The position numbers were made by a program, and so were the translations under genes. A model generated the notes under the pieces. The model was not told the DNA's origin, made no database searches, and saw only the letters and a list, made by a program, of their open reading frames with translations. Below, piece by piece: positions 1 through 7,999 of a stretch of 24,000 bases of DNA (positions within the stretch are counted from its first letter, which is position 1; the number at the start of each line of letters is the position of its first letter). Location of the stretch: assembly GCA_964593925.1 (NCBI GenBank), contig CAZQKM010000019.1, positions 19,081 to 43,080 on the forward strand, in the 5' to 3' direction. Origin of the DNA: an uncultured Desulfovibrionaceae bacterium. GTDB taxonomy: Bacteria > Desulfobacterota > Desulfovibrionia > Desulfovibrionales > Desulfovibrionaceae.

Positions 1-150
1 ACCCCCAAACAACAGTGGCCATATACAGCACATAGCCCCAATCACACAACGTTTCCTGTAAACAATAAAGCCCTTGTACAGCATACTACGAAAGCATACA
101 AAGATAACGATCTCATGAAGCTCCGTAGAATATTTCCAGAGAATGCACCA

Positions 151-1185
151 CTAATAGTAGTTCCGGGCAAGCCACTGCACGTGATCGTTACGCACCCTGC
201 ATACACCAATCCCGCGAGCCTCTGCGGCCCCATAGCGTACAGTCAGCTCCACCCTGAAGTACCTACTGCTCTCACCTAGGCAGGCAAAAGGAAACCTGTG
301 GGAACCATCCACACTGCCAAGAGCTGCCTCTTTGTACCACAGCCCTTTCAACTCGTTTTCTGGATTATCCCGGTACTGTCGGACATAGGACACAAACTCC
401 GATGCTGCCCCGGGATCCGGTATAAGTGCATGAACAAGAAAGGGCTTCAAAGTATTGATGTTCATGGGGCCCATTCCCCATACTGTAACCAAATCCACAA
501 GCCCCGGCCCTCTAGGCCCACCAAGTATGACCCGCCGTGCCTGCTCCTGCCCAACCCCTTTCCAATGCACCAGCAACAGCTCGCTTGTACTCAAAAGCCT
601 TGTGCCGGGAGAAATGCGAGATGGGGTCCCTTCCAAATATCCTTGCCATTCCCCTGGATCTGGTTGGACACGCCTGTCTCCCCCCCAGCGCAATATCGCT
701 TCTGCAAATACCTTTGCCTTTTCAAGGGCAATACTGTCGGCATATACAACGCCATGCATGACCAATAGTCGTGCGGTCAACCTGACAAAAATTTCGGTAT
801 ACTTTTGAGCCAGAACTTCTTCCTTTGCACTTCGCGCAAACATGGCTGGCAAGGGAAAGCGGGCACTTTCATCAGTGATACGACCTGCAAGCTCCGCGGA
901 CTCTAATCCAGAAGAAATACCCTGTACCAACACGGGAAACGACTCGGCCCATGCCTCATGCATGGTGTCTGGGGTTGCTTCTGCATGGTTTGCCAGTAAC
1001 AAGCCAGCAGCCATTTTTTCTGCGGAAACAAACAAGGGTTTGGCGCCAAGCGTTACCCTGCCCACAAGCGACGAGCTGTGGCCTGTCAGCGTAAGCCGCA
1101 CAATCCCAGCCAACATTAACGTCATCCCGGCCAGGATAACCAGAACGATGACAAGCACAACGCCACGCTGCTCATTGTGGGCCAT
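151..1185 (-). CDS. GspK-like type II secretion minor pseudopilin
   Basis: ORF 151..1284(-). Preferred start is ATG 1185 (MAHNEQRGVVLVIVLVILAGMTLMLAG...), with GGAGAAG about 7 nt upstream. The QRG motif plus a single N-terminal hydrophobic helix, and the ~344 aa length, fit GspK. It overlaps the stop of the upstream J-like gene by 14 nt and is last in an I-J-K order. No HMM confirmation. Confidence 0.6.
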   Translation of the reverse strand: MAHNEQRGVVLVIVLVILAGMTLMLAGIVRLTLTGHSSSLVGRVTLGAKPLFVSAEKMAAGLLLANHAEATPDTMHEAWAESFPVLVQGISSGLESAELAGRITDESARFPLPAMFARSAKEEVLAQKYTEIFVRLTARLLVMHGVVYADSIALEKAKVFAEAILRWGGDRRVQPDPGEWQGYLEGTPSRISPGTRLLSTSELLLVHWKGVGQEQARRVILGGPRGPGLVDLVTVWGMGPMNINTLKPFLVHALIPDPGAASEFVSYVRQYRDNPENELKGLWYKEAALGSVDGSHRFPFACLGESSRYFRVELTVRYGAAEARGIGVCRVRNDHVQWLARNYY

Positions 1186-1855
1186 ATGTCTTCTTCTCCG
1201 GCACTCTGATGATGAAAACTTCCGGCAAGCTGTCCCCAGCCTCATACCACACAGAAAAACGGATGGATCTGGGCATGTCGGCACTGGAAAGCATCCCCTG
1301 CCACTCCTGTGTATACTCTGCCGCTCCCTTGGGCCAGACCTCTGCCTTCAGTCTATACACCGAGGGTAGTAATATATGCTCGTCCCACGTAAAGTTGCCA
1401 TCAACGCCACAGTGCGGACGCTCGCGGCGGACAAAAGCCTGCTCCTGCAAGCGCCCACGCAACACATACTCTATACAATACACCCCCTCAAAAGGCGGCA
1501 CATCAGCAGAGACAAGACTGGATGTGGATGCAAAAGAAAACAAAAACGTATCCTCCCGCACCTCATCCCGCGGTCCATCTTCTCCCACAGCCTCCCAGTA
1601 TGCACTACCCACAGCAATTGCACTCTGTGAAAGCCTCGGCAGCCGCCGATCATACCCGGTTAGCATGGAACTGATGTCATCATCCAAAATACTTTTGAAA
1701 AGCCTGGGGTGTTCCTGCGCCGCAACCCAGGCTTTCGCATGGTCCCGACTCTCCAGGACATTACGATAGCTACTGAAAAGCACCAATCCGATAAGCGCAG
1801 TAAGCAGTATGGCAATGAGCATCTCAAGTAATGTAAAACCAGCCCCCCTGGTCAT
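1172..1855 (-). CDS. GspJ-like pseudopilin (prepilin-type N-terminal cleavage/methylation domain)
   Basis: ORF 1172..1996(-). Preferred start is ATG 1855, giving MTRGAG|FTLLEMLIAILLTALIGLVLF. That is a short basic leader, G-F cleavage site, Glu at +5 and a hydrophobic helix. GGGGGGA lies 6 nt upstream. ATG 1873 is an alternative start. The size (~227 aa) and the position between the I- and K-like genes fit GspJ. Confidence 0.65.
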   Translation of the reverse strand: MTRGAGFTLLEMLIAILLTALIGLVLFSSYRNVLESRDHAKAWVAAQEHPRLFKSILDDDISSMLTGYDRRLPRLSQSAIAVGSAYWEAVGEDGPRDEVREDTFLFSFASTSSLVSADVPPFEGVYCIEYVLRGRLQEQAFVRRERPHCGVDGNFTWDEHILLPSVYRLKAEVWPKGAAEYTQEWQGMLSSADMPRSIRFSVWYEAGDSLPEVFIIRVPEKKTYGPQ

Positions 1856-1937
1856 TCGCTGTCCCCCCGCCATAGCGGCATATGTGCAGTGCCGGGCAGT
1901 ACAATGACTGCGCCCCATAGCTCCGGGCGGTATATAT

Positions 1938-2384
1938 TTACCCTCGACTGACAAAAAGAGTCCGCGAGACCTCAAAAGTCTCAAGTCGTATTTCATAACG
2001 TTGTGTTCCCTGCTCTTTCCAGATCAGAACAACTGTGCGGGTAATCCCACCTTCTCCAAAATCTCGATGCTGCACTCTCCAGCGTATCTCCGGCCACTGC
2101 GGGGCAAATGAGCCTTCACCTCCGGGATGCCCTTCAAACGTTTGTGCATACAGAAGGTTCCTTCCCAGTAACGTCGCTAAGTCATTCCACCGGGATCTGG
2201 CCAAGGATTCCTGCCCTTCATGGACACCGCGCACAGTAACAGCGCCCAGTATTGCCAATATGCTTAGAGCAATCAGCACCTCCAGCAAAGAAAAACCAGC
2301 AGATACGTTCCCGTTCCTTCTCCGACGATATTTCTTCCCTGACCTGGAACGCAAAGCCCAGAAGTCACCCCATGAGCAAGCCAT
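1938..2384 (-). CDS. GspI-like pseudopilin (prepilin-type N-terminal domain)
   Basis: ORF 1938..2435(-). It carries the prepilin motif ...NGNVSAG|FSLLEVLIALSILAILGAV, and the mature part is 118 aa as in GspI. The start is uncertain. ATG 2384 overlaps the peptidase gene end by 20 nt and gives a 30-aa leader. TTG 2354 gives a 20-aa leader. Confidence 0.6.
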   Translation of the reverse strand: MACSWGDFWALRSRSGKKYRRRRNGNVSAGFSLLEVLIALSILAILGAVTVRGVHEGQESLARSRWNDLATLLGRNLLYAQTFEGHPGGEGSFAPQWPEIRWRVQHRDFGEGGITRTVVLIWKEQGTQRYEIRLETFEVSRTLFVSRG

Positions 2385-3114
2385 GCCCACCCCACAGCAC
2401 CTTGGCAAAAGCTCCCAGGCAAAGAAAAGGCCCAAAGGGCATCAGCTCAGGCATACGCCCCTGTATCCAGCGCAGCATGCCCGCGACAATCAAACCCACC
2501 AGCGCAGCAAAAAAAAGTATATCAAACACACCAGCTACACTGGTTAACAGCCCGAGTAGCGCCATAAGCTTCACATCTCCCAAACCAAGTCCTTCTTGCT
2601 TTCTTATCGCTCCATGAACAGCACGCAAAAGAAACAGCAGTCCACCGCCTACAAGCGAAGCATAAAACGGCTCTGGCCAAGGAGCAAGCTCCCCCCTGAC
2701 AAGCAGCAGCAGTACCGGGGCAAATCCCGCCACAAGGAGCGTATCCGGTAACCATAACGAATAAATATCAATAAGGGAGGCAGCAAGCATCAGGCCAAAA
2801 AATACCATAAACAGCACTGAAAGCTCTCCCCATGAAAAACGCCAGACAAGTAAGGCACAAGTTAATGCGCCGACTCCCTCCGCTACAGACACATACAATG
2901 GAATGAGTGCAGCACAGGACCGGCAGCGTCCGCGGAGTAACAAAATGCTGATTAAAGGGATATTGTCCCGCCACATAATGTGCGTCCCACAAGCATCACA
3001 ACAGGACTGCGCGGGTGAAAATAATGGTACATCGCGTAAAAATCTCGAAGCAAGGCAAGCCGCACCACTACCGATAATGCTTCCCAAGGCAAGGGCTAGA
3101 ACAACTTCAAGCAT
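2365..3114 (-). CDS. Prepilin (type 4 / GspO-PilD family, A24) leader peptidase
   Basis: 249-aa polytopic membrane protein. It has the Cys box CCDACGTHIMWRDNIPLISILLLRGRCRSC, and the two Asp-containing motifs LIDIYSLWLPD and GLGDVKLMALLG typical of A24 prepilin peptidases. It is the first gene of the pseudopilin operon. Confidence 0.85.
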   Translation of the reverse strand: MLEVVLALALGSIIGSGAACLASRFLRDVPLFSPAQSCCDACGTHIMWRDNIPLISILLLRGRCRSCAALIPLYVSVAEGVGALTCALLVWRFSWGELSVLFMVFFGLMLAASLIDIYSLWLPDTLLVAGFAPVLLLLVRGELAPWPEPFYASLVGGGLLFLLRAVHGAIRKQEGLGLGDVKLMALLGLLTSVAGVFDILFFAALVGLIVAGMLRWIQGRMPELMPFGPFLCLGAFAKVLWGGHGLLMG

Positions 3115-3610
3115 ACATGCGTAAAATGCAAATATCGCACCACACTAGCAGAAAGCACTCTTCGTCCAAGGTAATTCTAATATCACAAAGGCATTATACG
3201 TGACTATCCGCCTGTATAAACCCATGCGACTTTAAAAAATTCAGAAAACAGCCTTTACCACAGTATGCCTACGTATCCATGCTATACATCCTGGCTCTAG
3301 GCGTTGCCCAAAAATAGCGTTGAAAAATGCCTCATTTTCGCATATAATTTCTCGTATTAGTATACGAATAATATGTAGCCCTTAGCGCCAAAGGGTAATA
3401 TAAATAATTGCCTTTGGTAAAAAACATGAAAATATGTATGTATCTGCACGCAGGATTGGTAATAGTGCCACCATGGCGTGCTTGGTAAGGCCGCAAGGCA
3501 AGACGTCTCACACTTGGGTTTCCCCGTTGCAACAAACGCAGGATAGGAATATTTTTTAATCCAAATACCAAATCGCCGGCCTTATTACTGTGCCAGGCGA
3601 CTTTGCCTCC

Positions 3611-4918
3611 ATGCCTATGAGCCATAAAAAATATCCCACTAGCATCCCTGTCACACAGAATAGACACCCAGGACCAGAGTGGGCAATCCATTATTCCCAT
3701 ACGTTGTTGCGTGGTGTTTTTTATGCCTACTGTCTGCTGGCACCTTATGGTAAGGTGTTCCAAGTAGGTGGGGGTCTGCTGGGCCTACTGCTGCTTATTA
3801 CGTATTATGGCATGGCGTATTCAGAGTCCAATCTGGCACGGCTGCCTTTCAAAAAAATTTTTACCGCATTTTTCATCTACCCTTTTGTAGCAACGCTCTT
3901 TTCTCAATGGCCGGGGTACAGTTTTGGCTATACACAACATCTTCCTCATGAATCCTTGGTACTCTTTTTTATAGGGCTTGAAAGTATTCGCAGTCGTAAA
4001 GACATGGCTCTCATGGGCGCCTGCCTCCTGCTCTCGATATGCGTACAAGGGCTAGACGGTATCTGGCAGTACGCCACCGGTTACGATATGGTGCATGGCA
4101 CACCCATAGCTGACGGAGGGCGCCTGACCGGCTCCATGAGCACCTATCGAGTAGGGAACTACATTGCCATTACCATTATTCCCTCCCTGTTGGCATTTTG
4201 GGCCTTGCCCCATAACTTTTCCACCACAATCCGCACTGCAATACTGGCATTGGCATTGGCTCCACCATTTTTTCTCCTTGCCATGTCACAAACACGTAGC
4301 GGGGTGCTTGGGCTGTTCGCCGGGCTTTATCTGTATGCGGCAATAGCCCTACGAATCAACAGCAAAGTCTTGCTCCTACCCCCGCTGCTGTTTGTCGCCT
4401 TACTAATTTGGGGACCACAACGATTCTCACTGGCCCTAGCTCTCAAGGATGGCCGGTGGGAGCTCTGGCAGGCCTCTTGGCGCATATTTCTGGAAAATCC
4501 CCTGTTCGGTACAGGCCCCAGCACGTTTATGCCAGCTTTCAACTCTCTGGGCATCACATTTGCTACCAATGCGAGTAATATACCGCATCCACATGGCATT
4601 TTTGTACAATTTCTTTCAGATGGAGGCATTACCGGCGTTTTACTGCTTGCCGGGGTTCTTGTTGGCATAGGGTTTGTATGGTGCGGTATTCAAATATACA
4701 GCAACACCCAAAACCCCGTAACGCAGGATAAAAGCCACTGGCTCATGACCGGACTTTTATGGGCAGGGTTTGCAGCCTATCTGGCCACTGGCCTCTTTGG
4801 GCATAACTTCTACCGTACCTGGTGGCTGGCATTGGGACTGATGCTCCTTGGCTGTTCCATGGGCGCCATTCTCAACCCAGAAAAACCTTTAACTCCCCTT
4901 GGGCATTCTCAACTATGA
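3611..4918 (+). CDS. Wzy_C / O-antigen ligase-family polytopic membrane protein (WaaL- or O-oligosaccharyltransferase-like)
   Basis: ORF 3590..4918(+) with many hydrophobic segments. Family-type motifs are MSQTRSGVLGLFAGL and PHPHGIFVQFLSDGGITGVLLLAG (the H-x(n)-G-G-I-x-G box of O-antigen ligases). The start is uncertain (GTG 3590, ATG 3611 or ATG 3617) and no clear SD is present. The stop overlaps the next start as ATGA. Confidence 0.7.
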   Translation: MPMSHKKYPTSIPVTQNRHPGPEWAIHYSHTLLRGVFYAYCLLAPYGKVFQVGGGLLGLLLLITYYGMAYSESNLARLPFKKIFTAFFIYPFVATLFSQWPGYSFGYTQHLPHESLVLFFIGLESIRSRKDMALMGACLLLSICVQGLDGIWQYATGYDMVHGTPIADGGRLTGSMSTYRVGNYIAITIIPSLLAFWALPHNFSTTIRTAILALALAPPFFLLAMSQTRSGVLGLFAGLYLYAAIALRINSKVLLLPPLLFVALLIWGPQRFSLALALKDGRWELWQASWRIFLENPLFGTGPSTFMPAFNSLGITFATNASNIPHPHGIFVQFLSDGGITGVLLLAGVLVGIGFVWCGIQIYSNTQNPVTQDKSHWLMTGLLWAGFAAYLATGLFGHNFYRTWWLALGLMLLGCSMGAILNPEKPLTPLGHSQL

Positions 4919-6315
4919 AGAGTAGAATAAAAAAATATATCCCCACCATACACTTCTCTTCTAGAGTACGCATGATCCTGCTGATGCTGGCCTCGGATAT
5001 CTGCGCATTGGCCCTTGCCATCAGCAGCGCCATTCTGTTGCGCTATATTTTTGGTGGCCAGTTCCAGCCGATGTTTTACTTTGAACGCGCGCCCGTGGTT
5101 TGCTTTTTCATTGCTGCCTACGCCATGCTTGGGTTATATCCCGGTATCCTGACAGCCCCCCATGAAGAGCTAAAAAAGCTCACCATAAGCACCACACTTA
5201 TTTTCGCACTCTTCATTTCTACAACATTTTTTCTCAAACTGAGCACTGAATTTTCTCGCTTGGTTTTTTTGGGAGGCTGGCTGGGTTCTGTCATCCTCGT
5301 ACCCTTTTGCCGTGTGGTCGTACGCCGCATATTTTCACATAAGCCATGGTGGGGAATCCCCGCAGTTATATGGGGGCAGGCCGCTGAAGTGGAACAACTT
5401 GCCAACCGCTTCAGACGCGACCCGCGGCAAGGTATCCGCGTTCTTGATGCTGTCAGTACGGCAGAAAAAAATAATGATGATGCCCTGGCCCCACTCATGA
5501 AATATGCGGCCTTGTCTCCACAGCCCATCCTGGTATGTACCCCCGAGAGCCGTAAACTATTTTTCTCCAGTGAGGCGGTACGGCTGGAAGAACTGTTTCA
5601 GCGTATGCTTGTTATGCCGCCAAAGGCTCTTGACGCACTGAATATACAAGTGCTTGACGTAGGGGGAGTACTCTTTTTTCAATTGCAGACAAAGCTGCTG
5701 GATCCTTTCAGGCAACGCCTCAAACGCACCCTTGACCTACTGTTGATATTCTGTGCTCTGCCGCTGCTGCTCCCTCTCATGGCTGTGCTGGCCGTGGCCG
5801 TCAAAATGGATGGTGGTCCGGTGTTCTATACCCAGCCGCGTATCGGGCGCCATGGGCACACCTTTCGCATTTTCAAGTTTCGCACCATGGTCTGCAACGC
5901 TGACACAGTGTTACAGGAATGTCTGGCCCAAAATTTCCTGCTTGCGCAAGAATGGGCCGAAACACAAAAATTACGCTGCGATCCACGTATTACCAAAGTA
6001 GGGAGTTTTCTGCGCCGCACGAGCCTAGACGAATTACCCCAGGTTATAAATGTCCTCCGGGGAGAAATGAGCCTCGTGGGGCCACGCCCCATTGTACAAA
6101 CAGAAATACGGCGTTACGGCGATGCTTTTGCCCTGTACAAACGCACATTGCCCGGCATATCAGGCCTATGGCAGATCTCCGGGCGTAGCAGCACCACATA
6201 CGAAGAGCGTATCATGCTGGATACCTATTATTCGCGTAACTGGTCTGTATGGATCGACTTATACGTATTGTCGCGTACCGTGTGGGTCGTGCTTAAACAA
6301 AGCGGTGCGTACTAG
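4915..6315 (+). CDS. WbaP-type undecaprenyl-phosphate sugar phosphotransferase (initiating phosphoglycosyltransferase)
   Basis: ORF 4822..6315(+). Preferred start is ATG 4915 (MKSRIKKYIP...), overlapping the upstream stop (ATGA). The N-terminus has TM segments. The C-terminal bacterial sugar transferase domain carries PRIGRHGHTFRIFKFRTM and DELPQVINVLRGEMSLVGPRP. Confidence 0.85.
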   Translation: MKSRIKKYIPTIHFSSRVRMILLMLASDICALALAISSAILLRYIFGGQFQPMFYFERAPVVCFFIAAYAMLGLYPGILTAPHEELKKLTISTTLIFALFISTTFFLKLSTEFSRLVFLGGWLGSVILVPFCRVVVRRIFSHKPWWGIPAVIWGQAAEVEQLANRFRRDPRQGIRVLDAVSTAEKNNDDALAPLMKYAALSPQPILVCTPESRKLFFSSEAVRLEELFQRMLVMPPKALDALNIQVLDVGGVLFFQLQTKLLDPFRQRLKRTLDLLLIFCALPLLLPLMAVLAVAVKMDGGPVFYTQPRIGRHGHTFRIFKFRTMVCNADTVLQECLAQNFLLAQEWAETQKLRCDPRITKVGSFLRRTSLDELPQVINVLRGEMSLVGPRPIVQTEIRRYGDAFALYKRTLPGISGLWQISGRSSTTYEERIMLDTYYSRNWSVWIDLYVLSRTVWVVLKQSGAY

Positions 6316-6416
6316 CAGCCTCCATCAGGGATACAACAGCATTGTGCCGCAGCAGAGGCCGATGGTTCTTTCTCGTTGCGTGCATTGTCCCTTGCCGGAA
6401 GTGCATTGTATGCTCC

Positions 6417-7100
6417 CTAAAGGACCTGCTCTCCCTTTGCTACTGCCGCCAGCAGCTCTTTATCCATGATGGTGATCATGCGCCCCTCCATGGCAATAAC
6501 CTGATGAGATACAAGCCGGGCAAAAGCCCGCGACAAGCTTTCGCGTGCAGTCCCCAACAGACCTGCCAGCAGATGCTTGGAAATATCAAGCCTAATAACC
6601 TCACCATCAGATGTACCTGTACTGATGTGTAGCAGGTACACAGCCAGTCGCCGTGGAATTTCATGCAGGGTTAATGCCTCCACTTGCCGTGTAAACATCT
6701 GCAACCTGAGAGAAAGTGTTGCCAGCATGTTCAAAGCCAGTGCAGGATCGCCAGTAATACAGTGCACAATATCCTTGCGGGAAAGAAATAAAATTTTACC
6801 CGGCTCAAGAGCCATGGCACTGGCAGGAAATACTCCATTCTGGAATACGGCAACTTCACCAAAAGGCTCGCCTGGACCAAAAATATGCATAACTGCCTCA
6901 CGCCCATCCAATGTTGCCTTGTATATTTTCACCCGCCCCTCAAGCACTATATACAACCCCTCCGCCAGCTTGCCTTCTGCAAAAATAACCTGACCCTTGC
7001 TTACGGCCCTGTCCACGGCTATAGAAGCCACGGAAGTAATCTGAGCGTCGGACAAGCCCTTGAATAGCGTAATGTGCTTTAAAAAAAATGGGTCTGCCAT
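6417..7100 (-). CDS. Crp/Fnr-family transcriptional regulator
   Basis: 227 aa. The N-terminal cNMP-binding-type beta-roll shows FKGLSD..., EGRVKIYK and GEPFGEVAVF. The C-terminal HTH is LLGTARESLSRAFARLVS. A strong SD (GGGAGGA) lies upstream of ATG 7100. There is no N-terminal Cys cluster, so it is not a classical [4Fe-4S] FNR. Confidence 0.85.
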   Translation of the reverse strand: MADPFFLKHITLFKGLSDAQITSVASIAVDRAVSKGQVIFAEGKLAEGLYIVLEGRVKIYKATLDGREAVMHIFGPGEPFGEVAVFQNGVFPASAMALEPGKILFLSRKDIVHCITGDPALALNMLATLSLRLQMFTRQVEALTLHEIPRRLAVYLLHISTGTSDGEVIRLDISKHLLAGLLGTARESLSRAFARLVSHQVIAMEGRMITIMDKELLAAVAKGEQVL

Positions 7101-7246
7101 GTAAAATCCTCCCTATCAGGCTTGCCCGATAAAACACCTGTGCGATATCATTGGGTTGACAGGCACAAGCCCGCAGCAGATACGAAGATCTGGTCTATGC
7201 AGCTGCGACGGAAAAAACTGCCATACTGTACGAAGGAGTGTATACC

Positions 7247-7522
7247 ATGGCAAGTATGCCACAAAATATAGCGACCCGTATAGAAGACTTACTGCGAGAA
7301 GAGTTGCAGGAGCTGGGTATCAACCCCGAAGCATTGCCCCCCCATGAAATAACAGCCCACATGCGCTGTGAAGTACACCCTGACAAGAGTATGGTCTATA
7401 TGTGGAAAGAGCAGCCCATATTGCGCATCGTACCGGAAGATACCGGTGACGGCCACACCACATGGCGTATGTTCACGCGTGATGACACAGCAGCTATGCC
7501 CGGCAAGCTTCTTCCCCAGTAA
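7247..7522 (+). CDS. Hypothetical small acidic protein (91 aa)
   Basis: ORF 7238..7522(+). ATG 7247 is preceded by AAGGAG at 7233-7238 (8-nt spacing). The amino-acid composition looks non-random (MASMPQNIATRIEDLLREELQELGINPEAL...). I recognise no family. Confidence 0.5.
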   Translation: MASMPQNIATRIEDLLREELQELGINPEALPPHEITAHMRCEVHPDKSMVYMWKEQPILRIVPEDTGDGHTTWRMFTRDDTAAMPGKLLPQ

Positions 7523-7920
7523 CTAGTACCTGCGGTCCTTTCCCCTACCCTGATCGTAGAAAGCAGAAATCACATACCCTCCAGATCTGACAACGCCATC
7601 AGGCTTTGGGTAAGACTTTTCAGCTCGTGTCCCACACATTCTACCAATACAGCCTGCACAGCAAGACAGTATCTGAGGGGTATCTTTGGCCATCGGGCAA
7701 GGCCAAAAAGCACGGACAGTAGTAAAATTTTTGCCGAAGCGGCTTGCTACTGCTCTGATATTCCCGTGTTTTGGCTTTGGCGAGTGTATACATACATATG
7801 CGGGGCAACCAGCACCAGCGGGAACCTGACCGCCCCTCTATATGTTTGTCTGCCCAGCTTGTTCCCCTTGTTCCTAAAGACAGCTTCTTTAACAGCACTG
7901 AACCCTGTCTATGCCTGCAT

Positions 7921-7955
7921 ACAAAACGTCCCGCTCGTAAAATGCGAGCGGGACG
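7921..7955 (-). terminator. Rho-independent terminator of gltX
   Basis: Perfect 11-bp GC-rich inverted repeat: cgtcccgctcg (7927-7937) and cgagcgggacg (7945-7955), with a 7-nt loop. On the minus strand it is followed directly by TTTTGT (complement of 7921-7926). It lies 44 nt downstream of the gltX stop (8000-8002). Confidence 0.7.
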
Positions 7956-7999
7956 CCATGTTTCAAATAGGTTAGCGTTGCCCAAAATGATGCGTAAAC

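Noticed and set aside
1-84. Open frame on the minus strand from ATG 84 to the window edge (MLYKGFIVYRKRCVIGAMCCIWPLLFGG...), possibly the next T2SS gene
   Set aside because: Only 28 codons are visible, with no SD and no recognisable motif. That is not enough to call a feature.
298-1769. Plus-strand ORFs 298..768, 455..808, 842..1369 and 1209..1769
   Set aside because: All are antisense shadows of the GspK/GspJ-like genes. They are Pro/Cys/Ser-rich, show no motifs and overlap one another.
3332-3763. 143-aa ORF on the minus strand in the A/T-rich spacer
   Set aside because: It spans the divergent promoter region and overlaps the 5' end of the Wzy_C-family gene. It has no SD and a non-protein-like composition.
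6338-6409. GTGCATTGT direct repeat (6380-6388 and 6401-6409), plus AGCATTGTG at 6338-6346, between the convergent wbaP-like and crp-like genes
   Set aside because: The 9-mers are short and lie in a convergent 3' region with no promoter to regulate. They do not form a hairpin. I cannot distinguish them from chance without comparative data.
7641-7985. 114-aa ORF on the minus strand downstream of gltX
   Set aside because: It reads straight through the gltX terminator hairpin (7927-7955). It is Arg/Cys/Trp-rich and has no SD.
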